Below are positions 6,823 through 18,500 of a DNA stretch of 64,000 nucleotides, piece by piece. A program made the position numbers and the translations under genes. The stretch spans positions 124,001-188,000 of the IMG/VR virus record IMGVR_UViG_3300042402_002564; one strand, given 5' to 3'. The stretch's first letter is position 1, and each line of letters begins with the position of its first letter. The notes under the pieces are model-generated. The model ran no database searches and was not told the origin of the DNA. It worked only from the letters and a program-made list of their open reading frames with translations.

Positions 6823-6868
6823 CAACCCCGTAAAAAGTTCTGATTTTATTTTAAAATCAGTAAGCACA

Positions 6869-7177
6869 ATGAACAAACAACCAGACCGAAACAAAGATTA
6901 CATGTACAATATGTGGGGAACTGATAGACTTTCAACAGATTATAATTCTATTGAGAGTTTAGAAGTTCCAGCAAAACCCATTGAAGGTTCTCATTTTTCT
7001 CATGGAATAAGTCCACACAATGGAAGAATGCTTCGTGAGATTACCGAAGATGACCTAGTACCAAAAAAACATAATTTTGAAGTACAAAATGAGGTACATG
7101 AAAGAATTAGAAATGATGAAGATTATGATGATTGGGACTATGGTACAGAACCAATTCCGTTGAGAGAATGGATATAA
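6869..7177 (+). CDS. hypothetical acidic protein upstream of gp25
   Basis: ORF track; start moved to ATG 6869 after the hairpins; C-terminal DYDDWDYGTEP. Confidence 0.7.
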   Translation: MNKQPDRNKDYMYNMWGTDRLSTDYNSIESLEVPAKPIEGSHFSHGISPHNGRMLREITEDDLVPKKHNFEVQNEVHERIRNDEDYDDWDYGTEPIPLREWI

Positions 7178-7187
7178 AAAAACCCTA

Positions 7188-7194
7188 ATAAATA
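7188..7194 (+). promoter_or_regulatory. gp55-dependent late promoter
   Basis: ATAAATA intergenic, 22 nt upstream of gp25. Confidence 0.7.
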
Positions 7195-7215
7195 AATCAT
7201 AATTAAACAATAAAA

Positions 7216-7617
7216 ATGCCTGTAGAGCGTGTTAGTCTTGGGTTTAAAGATATTAGTCTCTCGTTAAAGACAAATCCTTTAACGAGAGACCTTATTGATA
7301 TAAAGAATGAAACTGCAATATCTCGCTCTGTTCAAAATTTAGTATTGACTATAAATGGAGAAAGATTTTTTGATCCTTTAATTGGGTCAGGAGTAAACAG
7401 GTTATTATTTGAAAACGTTGATAATTTTGTTGCTGATTCTATAAAAACACAAATTGAAATCAGCATTAATAACTATGAACCAAGAGTGGAATTAAAAAGT
7501 GTTGAGGTTACTCCAAATTATGATGAAAATAAATTTGATGTGGTAATTGTTTACATTATAGTTGGGATTGATGCCCTCCCACAACAATTATCATTCGCAT
7601 TACTGCCAACTAGATAA
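7216..7617 (+). CDS. gp25: baseplate wedge subunit gp25
   Basis: FKDISLS...NP, AI..SV.NLV.T..GERFFDP, I.NYEPRV. Confidence 0.95.
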   Translation: MPVERVSLGFKDISLSLKTNPLTRDLIDIKNETAISRSVQNLVLTINGERFFDPLIGSGVNRLLFENVDNFVADSIKTQIEISINNYEPRVELKSVEVTPNYDENKFDVVIVYIIVGIDALPQQLSFALLPTR

Positions 7618-9537
7618 ATGTCACTAGTAAATTTCGCATCATTAGATTTCGATCAAATAAAGGAATCTATAAAAAGTTATTTAAGATCAAATTCAACATT
7701 CACAGATTACGACTTTGAAGGTTCTAATCTGTCGATTTTGATAGATGTATTAGCATATAATACTTATATTTCCTCATATAATGCTAACATGCTGTCCAAT
7801 GAGGTATTCTTGGACGGTGCTACACTACGAGAGAACGTAGTATCTTTAGCTAGAAATATCGGATATTTACCAAAGTCTGTAACAGCACCAAGAGCACTTA
7901 TATCTTTTTATATCGATGTAACTGAATTTGAAAGTAACCCAGTATCATTAACTTTAAAGCAAGGTATTGTTTGTACAACTTCAATTAATTTTGGAGATAG
8001 AAGTTTTGTATTCTCAATTCCATCAGATATAACAGTTCCTGTAACTAATGGATTTGCCTTATTTGAAAATATAGAAATTTACGAAGGCATCTATACAGTT
8101 AATAATTTTACTGTTGATAGTTTTAATAAGAATCAAAAATTCGTTTTAAATAATGCTAATATAGACACATCAACCGTAAGAGTTGTTGTAAGAGAAGATA
8201 AAAATAGTTCAATATCTAGAGTATATAAGTTTGTAGATAATATCTCAACTGTAAAAAGCACTGATAATGTATTCTTTTTAAATGAAATTGAAGACCAAAG
8301 ATACGAACTTATCTTTGGTGACGGAACATTTGGTAGTAAGTTAGAAAATGATAATTACATTATTTCATCATATATCATAACCAGTGGGGAACTTGGTAAT
8401 GGTATTGAAGATTTTACATTTTCTGGACGCCTTTTTGATAATAATGGTTCTCCAATACTTACAGCAAACCCACCTGCAATAATAGTAAATCAATCATCTC
8501 AAGGAGGTTCTAGTATTGAATCGGTATCCTCAATTAAAAAGTATGCCCCTAGAGTATATGCTTCCCAAAATAGGGCGGTGACTGCTACCGACTATGAATC
8601 ATTAATACCTCAGATTTATCCAGAAACAGAATCAGTTTCTGTTTTTGGTGGAGAAGAATTAGATCCACCAAAATTTGGTAAGGTTTTTATTACTGTTAAA
8701 CCAAAAAATGGTTCATATGTTCCAAACAATGTAAAAGATAACTTAAAAGTTCAATTAAGAAACTATTCTGTAGTAGGTATAATCCCAGAATTTATTGATC
8801 TAAAATATCTTTACATTGAATATGATGCAAGAGTTTATTATAATACAAATTTAGTTCAGAATAGTGAAGATGTAAAATCTTTAGTGACATCTAATATAAT
8901 TAAATATTCTAAATCTAGTGAGTTGAATAAGTATGGATCTAGATTTAAATACAGTAAATTTTTAAAACTAATTGATGATTCTAGCGATTCTATAACATCG
9001 AACATCACTAGAATAGCAATGAGAAGAGATATGAAGATCCAGATAGGTTCTTTTGCTGAGTATGAGATATGTTTTGGTAATGAATTTCATATCAAAAATA
9101 AAGCAGGTTATAATGTAAAGTCCTCTGGATTTACAGTAAGCGGTATATCAGGAACCGTATATATTGCAGACACTCCACCAGCAAATGAATCTGAATCAAT
9201 TGGTAATATCTTTTTATTCAGATTTGATGGGCAATCAAATCCTATTGTTATAAGAAAGTCTATTGGAAATATTGATTATAAAAAAGGAGAGATCAGAATA
9301 AATTCTATTAACATTATTGATACAGTTAAAAAATCTTTCGGAGATAATATTGTCCAATTTTCGGCAATACCAAAGTCAAATGATGTTATTGGAAAGCAAG
9401 ACCTTTACATACAATTAGATGTGACATCCTCTTCCGTCAATATGATTTCGGACGTTATTTCTTCTGGTATAGATATATCAGGATCACAATACATAGTATC
9501 ATCAAGTTATTTAAATGGAGATTTAGTAAGGCAGTAA
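7618..9537 (+). CDS. gp6: baseplate wedge subunit gp6
   Basis: LDFDQIK, FTDYDFEGS, LAYNTY, QNRAVTATDYE. Confidence 0.95.
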   Translation: MSLVNFASLDFDQIKESIKSYLRSNSTFTDYDFEGSNLSILIDVLAYNTYISSYNANMLSNEVFLDGATLRENVVSLARNIGYLPKSVTAPRALISFYIDVTEFESNPVSLTLKQGIVCTTSINFGDRSFVFSIPSDITVPVTNGFALFENIEIYEGIYTVNNFTVDSFNKNQKFVLNNANIDTSTVRVVVREDKNSSISRVYKFVDNISTVKSTDNVFFLNEIEDQRYELIFGDGTFGSKLENDNYIISSYIITSGELGNGIEDFTFSGRLFDNNGSPILTANPPAIIVNQSSQGGSSIESVSSIKKYAPRVYASQNRAVTATDYESLIPQIYPETESVSVFGGEELDPPKFGKVFITVKPKNGSYVPNNVKDNLKVQLRNYSVVGIIPEFIDLKYLYIEYDARVYYNTNLVQNSEDVKSLVTSNIIKYSKSSELNKYGSRFKYSKFLKLIDDSSDSITSNITRIAMRRDMKIQIGSFAEYEICFGNEFHIKNKAGYNVKSSGFTVSGISGTVYIADTPPANESESIGNIFLFRFDGQSNPIVIRKSIGNIDYKKGEIRINSINIIDTVKKSFGDNIVQFSAIPKSNDVIGKQDLYIQLDVTSSSVNMISDVISSGIDISGSQYIVSSSYLNGDLVRQ

Positions 9538-9541
9538 TCAT

Positions 9542-12500
9542 ATGTTAAATTCCCGTGTAAAAATCAGAAATCTTTTAGAAGGACAACTACCTGAGTTTCT
9601 AAGAGAATCATATCCAGAATTTCAACAGTTATTAACAGAATACTACAAATCTTCAGAGTCTCAGGGGGCACCTTTAGACTTACTTAACAATATTGATCAA
9701 TATGTAAAGATTGATAATCTTGCAGAAATTACATATTATTCGGAACTAAGTGCTAATATTACAGAAAATGATGATGTAATATTAGTAGATAGTACAGATG
9801 GATTTCCAAATAATTATGGATTATTGCAAATAAATGATGAGATAATATCATATGAGTCTAAAACTAATACTTCTTTTGTAAATTGCTCTAGAGGATTTAG
9901 TGGTATTACCTCATATAGAGACGTTGACAAAGATACTTTAATTTTTTCTACTAGCAATTCAGATTCACATTTTTCTGGTTCAACAGTATATAACTTATCA
10001 AATTTCTTTTTACGCGAATTATTTAAAAAATTTAAATCTCAATATGTTCCAGGATTTGACAATATTGATTTCTTCCCAGATGTAAATGAAAAGCTGTTCA
10101 TTTCTAAAGTAAAAGATTTCTATTCGTCAAAAGGTGCCATAACCTCTTTTGAAATATTATTTAAAGCACTCTATGGTCAAATAGTTAAAGTAGTTAAACC
10201 AAAAGATTTTATTATTCAACCATCAGATGCGGACTATAGAATTACTAGAGATCTCGTTGTAGAGCAATATCTTGGAAATCCAGAAAACTTATTGAATCTT
10301 ACTCTGTTTCAAGATCAGACAGAATCAATAACTAAAGCATCTGGAACTATAACTAAGATAGAAAAAATATATAGAAATTCGAAAGAATATTATCAGCTTA
10401 GTTTAGATTACAACCCAGATATCGAAGAATTTGAATTTACAATCCACCCAAAGACTGCGATAGTATCGGATGTAACACAAAATCAAACTTATCTTGATGT
10501 TGATTCAACATTGGGATTCCCAACTTCTGGTGTCTTGTCAGTAAAAGTTGATGGATTAGAATATTTAATATCTTACTCGGATAAATCTTCAACCCAATTT
10601 TTAGGTTGTGCTGATGTTCCATTTATCCCTAGAGGAACTAGAACAGAAACTTTAGACTATGCATATGCTATTGATAGATTTGGAAATGAAGTTAGAGTTA
10701 AAGTCACTGGAGTAATTTCTTCTTTAGATTATAATCCAGAAGAAACTTATTATTATAGAGAAAATGATGAGATTCAATTAGTTTCCTTAGGTAGATTGGG
10801 TAATAAACCAAAACATAATGAATGGATATTTAATATTACTCCAACATATGATGTAGTTAGTATCACACAATTAACCAATAAAATAAACGGTGCTGCTAGA
10901 TTTAGATTAGTAACAAAAGATGAAAATATTTTTACCGTTGGTGATCCAGCAATCATTAAATCCAATACTGGATTAATTTTAGATGCTTTTGTAATTTCAG
11001 TTAGCGATAAAAATACAATTGATATTAATTTAACTGTAGATGTTGATAAATCTTTAAAATATACAATTACCAAAGATATATCAAAAGTAAACTGCATAAA
11101 TTATCCAGAATTAAATGTATTGTCATCTGATGTTCAAAATGTTTATATTGATAAAAATGATGTTTATGTAACTTCAGCATCTTTACCAAACTATTATAAT
11201 GTTCCATTATCCTTAAAAGACTATTCAATAGTTTTTAGTGGAGAATTTAATGGTGAAGATTTAGTTTTAGGAGATCATCCATTTTATACTGGAGATTCCA
11301 TTTTTTATAAGTCCCAAAGTCCTACAAATAAATTAAACATTGAAGATGGAATATATTATGTGAAAAAAGTTAATGAAAGTACTATTAAATTAGCATCTAG
11401 TAAATCTAATTTATATAATGATATCTTCATTTCTCTATTTGGTACTATAAGTGATAATAAAATTCAGTTATCCAGATTCTATAATTTAAGTCCAAAATCT
11501 CAAAAATTAGTAAGAAAAATATCAGATCCTGTTGATGAAGGGATTTCATATGAAACTGAATCTGGACAAACTGGTATTTTAAAAAATGGTGTTGAAATTT
11601 TAAATTATAAATCTAATGATTTTGTTTATTATGGTGAAATAGAAGATTTAAAAGTAACTTCTTCTGGAGATTCAAACTATGATGTTATAAGTCCACCTAT
11701 TTTACACATAAGTGATGCTGTTGGATCTGGTGCTACTGGTGTATGTAATGTTGTAGGTTCACTTAAAAGGATTAATATCATTGATGGTGGATATGGATAT
11801 ATAAGTGAACCAAAAATAACAATAATAGGCGGAAATGGTTTTGGTGCTTCTGCAAAGGCAAACCTAATTTCAATTACAAATTCGGTAAAATTTAATGCTG
11901 GAGATCAATACGATCAAGTAAACTTATCAAATAGCACAATAGGATTTACTACAGATCATAGATTTTTTGATACTGAACAGGTAGTATATAAGTGTGGAAT
12001 TCAAACCTCAATTGGTGGATTAACAAATGATTCAATTTACTACGTTGGAGTAATTGATAGATTCACTATCAATTTATACTCATCTTTAAAAGATTCTATT
12101 AGTGGTATAAACACTATATCATTTACTTCTTATGGCGACGGATTACACACTATAGATTCATTTGAAAAAAGAAAAAAAATATCATCTATAGATGTTATTT
12201 CTTCGGGTGAGAATTATCAAAATAAAACACTATTTTTCAATCCATCTGATGTAAATATTTACTCAGATACCATAACAATAAAAAATCACAGATATAAAGA
12301 TAAAGAAATAGTAAATTACAACTCTACCCAAAGTTTAATTTCTGGATTATCATCTACTACAGATTATTATGTAAAAGTTATAGATAATGATCATATAAAA
12401 TTATCCTTAGTTGGAATTGGAACTTCTATTTCGGAAGATTTCTACTTTAATAAAAATAGATTCATATCTTTAGGTACTAAAGGTACTGGAATCCACAAGT

Positions 12501-15500
12501 TGATATATAAACCAATAACAATTAGTATAGAATCGCCTGTTGGCATAACGACATTCTCTGGGCAGGATTTTGATGCCAAAGTGCAGGCTATTTTTAGAGG
12601 AAATATTGATTCAATATCATTAAGTAATAAAGGTAAGCATTATGGTGATGAAGAAATTATAAACTATAATAGACAACCATTGGTTACATTATTAAATGGT
12701 GACTCTGCATTAATTACTCCTATTGTTTCCAATACTGGACAAGTCATTGATGCAATTATTAATAATAGAGGTTTCTATTATAATAGTCCACCAGAATTAA
12801 TAATAGACGGTGATGGTGTTGGTTGCATATTAACTCCAGTTATTAAAGATGGAAAAATCGTAGAGGTAAAAATAATTAATACTGGATTTGGATATAATAA
12901 AAATAACACTTTTGTTAGAGTTGTATCTCCTGGTTCTGGTGCAAAGTTTGAAGCTCAAATAAAAAACTGGAGAATTAATCTTGTCGAAAGATTAATAGAT
13001 ACCAATCAAATAAGATTTGATGATGGTGTTTTGTCGTTAGGAAAAAATGAAAGATATGGTTTACAATATTGCCACCCATATATTCCAAGAGAGTTAAGAA
13101 GAAAAAGCTTATCCACATCTTTAGGTGAAGATGGAACAGTAATTTATAGAAATGATATATTAAATGATGATTTAACTTTAAAATATCATTCTCCAATTAT
13201 TGGATGGGCTTACGATGGCAATCCAATTTACGGACCTTATGGTTACGGTGATAGAGAAGGTGGTTTAGTAAAAAGAATGACTTCTGGTTATTCACTTAGA
13301 CCAAAACCAGACAGACCATCATCATATCCAATTGGATTATTTGTTGAAGATTATGAATTCTCGGGTGAGGGTGATTTAGACATTTATAATGGAAGATATT
13401 GTAAGACACCAGAATTTCCAAACGGGGTTTATGCATATTTTTCAACTATTAATGCTCAAAAAGATTCTTCTGGAATCTTTAATGGATTTTTAAGACCAGT
13501 TTTCCCATATTTTATTGGAAATTATTATAAATCAAATCCTATAAGATTTAATTTTGATTTATTATCAAATCAAGACTTTATTGATATAAATCAAACAAAA
13601 TGGTTGAGAAATACTACACCATATTCAGTATTTTTAAACAACAGTTATTATGATGGATTTGTACAACCAGATAAATTCATACAAAACTATCCAATAATCA
13701 CATCCACGGTTCCTGGATTTGTTGATGAATTAAAGGTTGTTAATTTTGGCGATAATTACTCAATTAATGATAATATTTTCTTTAACAATGAAGGTTCTAG
13801 TGGTTCTGGAGCATATGCATCTATTAAAGAAATATCTGGAAGATCTGTACAAAATATTGTATATAATTCTTCAGTAATTGATAATGTTGAAATTGTTCCA
13901 TATAATAATAGTGGCACATTTATTGGATTTGCTACAGAACCGCATAATTTATCAGTATCAGATTTGATTAGAATCCAAAATCTTTCAAATTTAAATACAC
14001 AGTTTGATGGAATTTATAAAGTTGGAATAACAACAAATCAATTAACACTAACCCAAAACATTCCAAATTCTTCAATAACAGGTATTGTTACTTATATTAA
14101 TGTTATTGGAACGTTGACTATACCAGATCTTAGTGTAAATGATGTATTGGGAATTGGAACAGAAAAGGTTAAGGTTTTAGAGGTTGATACACCTAGCTCC
14201 AGAATAAAAGTAAGAAGAGAATATGATTCCACACTTGGAGTGGCACATTCTCAAGGAATTACTATCCAAGAATATCCAAGAAAGTTTTTTGTTAATATTG
14301 GTCTTACTGATATATCAAATTATAAATTAAATAAAGAACTCTATTTTTATCCAGCAGAAGCTATTTCTATACCAAGTGAGAATGTACTACCATACTCTAA
14401 TCCAGTAGATTTCTCCAATTGGTCTTCATATGTTGTTGGATCTGGATCTACCGTTACTGTAACTTATTACAATCATCCAGCTCCAAATAATACAATATCT
14501 GCAGCAAAAGTTCAAGTAGGTGTAGTAACATCAACAGAAATTTCTGGAATACTAAATGGACCTGTAACATTATCATCTGATGATTACACAATATCAGTAT
14601 TTTTGAAAGGTCAATTTGGTGGGGAAATTGTTTATTTAATAGTTGAAGATGGATCTAATTTTATTGCACAGCAATTAGTATTAACTAGTTCTTGGAAAAG
14701 ATATTCAGTATCTGGCACCGCAAATGCTGGACCTCACGACTTTTTTGTTGGTGGTTGGGGTCCACAAGGATATACAATACCAGAGTCTACATTTTACATT
14801 TGGGGGGCACAAATAGAATCTGGGAATGTATTAACTCCGTATATAAAAACTGAATCTTCTATTGTATTAAGAGCAGATAATGAAGTTGGAACTACTTATT
14901 TCTCAAATCCTGGATTTGGTATTAAAGAAGTAATTATTCCACAAAATTCAATTTATTTACCAGGTCATAATCTCAATACTGGAGATACTTTAATCTATAA
15001 AAATAATGGAAATAATTCAATCCAAGTTTCATTTGCTACAACGACATTTCCATTAGCAAATAATAGTGAACTATTTGCAGTTAGATATTCTGATACTTTT
15101 ATTGGGATATCTACTATAAAGGTAGGATTAGGTACAACTGGTTCTTATGTTGGAATTGGAACTACTGCATTAGGAAATATTCTAACATTTTCTGGATATG
15201 GCACTGGATTGGACCATAGTTTTGTTACAAACTATGATAATATTATATCAGGTGACATTTATAGAAAGGATGCAGTAGTAACTACAGATAGAGAACATGG
15301 ATTAAGAGTATCTGATATAATTGATATTAATGTTATTTCTGGAATTCAAACTACAGTTTATATTAGTTACGATGATTTAAATAGGAGATTGTTGGTAAAT
15401 CCAAGATCATTTACCGCACTAAATGTAGATACTAATGAAAATACTATATCTATACTTAATCATGGATTTGAATTGGGTTTCAAAGTAATACATAATTCAC

Positions 15501-18500
15501 AAACTCCAACTGGAGGTCTGAATAATGCTCAAATATATTACATAATTCCAATTAGTGAGAATTTAATAAAATTATCAAATAACTATTACTCCTCAATATT
15601 ATCATCAACTGAAGTTGAGTTTGTAGATCTTACTTCTGCATCATTTGGTACGTTGACACCTATTAATCCAGAAATAAAGGCGATAGCAAATTCCACTGTT
15701 ATATTTGATTTGTCAGATCAATCCTTATCCATTAATGGCGTACCCTCATTCGATTTTAACCTTTATACGGATAGTCAATTTAAAAATAAATTCTTCAACA
15801 CACAAAGTAACTTAAAGCAATTTAATGTATTCAAATCAGGAACTATCGGCATTGATGGTGGACGCTTAACATTGATAATAGATGAAAATGTACCAAAAAA
15901 TTTATATTATACATTAACTCCAATTAATTATGACGGTGCTTCTGCTGCAAAACTAGAATATTTTGAAGATGACTTTAATGTAAAAAATAATAATAAATTT
16001 AGCATTGTTCAGAGTGAGTTCAGTAAAAGAACAACTATTACTGGTGTAACAACAAATACATTTAGATATTCTTTAGTAAATACTCCAGAAAAATCTGGAT
16101 ATACAGTATCAGAAGGTATTACTACTTACTTCACAAATTCTCCTTCTGCTATAGGCCCAGTATATTCAACTAATGTCAGTTCCAAAGGAAGAGGTTATAG
16201 AAAATTACCTACAGTTGTAAATATTAGTAGTGGACTTGGAACTAATGCTATTTTCTTACCAGCAAGTAAAACTTTAGGAAAAGCATCTGAAGTTGAAATT
16301 ACTGATATTGGTTTTGACTATCCAGTAGATTATACTTTAAGACCATATGCTAAGTTTCCAAATGTATTTAAAATTGAACCTCTTTCCAAATTTAAAGAGA
16401 TAAAAATAATTTCTCCTGGAGTAAATTATTTTGTTCCACCGCAATTATTAGTTTTAGACGGATTTACTGGAAGAGTTAATGATGAAGTAGATTTAAGATA
16501 TCAAATTGGAGACATTGAAGTAACTATTGTAAGAAATACAACTGGTTTGTATAACGTTAAGCCTGTCATAATTCCAATTAATAATCCAAATGGTACTAGA
16601 ATTAGTAATATTTCTTATAATAGTACTACTAAAGAAGTTACCGTTGGATTAGGTATTAGTTATACTTCAGAAGACCAATTCCCATTTATAATTGGTGAAA
16701 AAGTAATTGTAGAAAATACAAATATTGATTTGGTAGAAGGTGGTAGAGGATATAACTCTGCAAATTATGGTTATGTATTATTTGAAATAATAGATGCCAA
16801 TTCAAATATTGGTGTAGAAGAAGATCCCTTTATTGTTTATAGTTTGCAAAGTTTATTGGGACCAAACCAAAGTCCTGGAATATATGATTCTTTTGAATCA
16901 TTTGGTACAGTTACTCCAGAGAGATATTTCCCAAGTTTTGACATAAAATTAGAAAAAGATTCTTTCAGGGCAGGAGAAATAGTTACAACAGATTCTGGTT
17001 CTATTGGTGTAGTTCAAAATTATGATCAAGCGAATGAATACTTAAAAATTAGAACAAAGTATCAATTTAATGTTAATGATTTAATTGTTGGTGCATCTTC
17101 TGGAAATAAAGGTGTAATTTCTTCGGTAGAAGGTGCTGAAGGAATCTTTGATGTCCGTTCTAATAGCATTACCAGAAAAGGATGGCAAAAACAAACTGGA
17201 TATTTAAGTGATGGGTTACAAAGAATTCATGATAATGACTATTATCAGTATTTTTCATATTCATTGAAGAGTCCAGTAAGTTATGAAATTTGGAATCCTG
17301 TAGTAAGTAATTTAAACCATACTGCTGGATTTAAAAAATTTGGAGAATTATCTATAGAGTCATTCAATGCAGATGAAGTTGGAATAAGCACATCTCAAGA
17401 TTTCGGAGCACTGATTGCAATTTCTGACCTAGTTGAGGTTGTTGATTTAAATTGCGTAAAAGATTTTGATGTTGCTAGAGAAAAAAGTATATTAATAGAT
17501 GAAACATTAGTTTCAAATGAAATTATATTCAGACTACCATTCCTACAAAGATATCAAGAATTTATTGGCAATAGAGTATTAAAAATTGATGATATTAGTA
17601 ACCAATTTGATAATAATACTAGAAGTTTTGACTTATATAGTAACAACTATCCAATATTCAAAGTACAATTTAATGCAAGTGATCCAAATATTGTTGACTT
17701 GGCAGATGCGAGTGTTAACTTAATTAATCATTATTTCGTATCAGGTGAAGAAGTTGAATATATTCCACAAGATAATGATTTTAATAATGCGATAGAAATA
17801 GTGCCCACATTTATAAGTGGAATAGGGGTTACTACAAAATTACCACCATCAATTTACGTAATTAAGGTAGATAACCAAAGAATTCGTTTTGCTTCTTCAC
17901 CAGAAAATGCACTTTTATTTAACCCAGTATCTATCAATTTAACTTCAGTTGGAATTGGAAGTACTCACATTTTTAAATCAAAAATTCAAAATACAAAGGC
18001 ACTGATTACAATCAATGGAACTATACAAACTCCAATAGTTGGAACAGCAATAACCTCTGCTCTTAGCAACTCTGTAGGAATAGGTTCTACTATTATTGGT
18101 GTTGTTGGTATTTCTTCATTCTTTGGTGGTGATTTAATTCAAATCAATGAAGAGATTATGAAGATTACTGCTGTTAGTTCAGCATCTACTACATTTACTG
18201 TATTAAGATCATGGATGGGAACTGTAGAATCTTCTCACAATACTAATGACCAAATAATTAAACTTTCTGGAACTTACAATATTATTGATAATACAATCAA
18301 TTTTATTGAACCAATGTGGGGTAATCTACCAATTGGATTTGGAACTACAGCAACATCTTCTGGTGAAATAGATTATGCTGGATTGACAACTAGTAGTAGA
18401 TTTAGTGGAAGAGTATTCATAAGATCGGCACTTAACCAAGCATTTACTACAAGTTTTGTAAGAGCGTATGAAACTAACTATATCTTTGATGATATATCAG

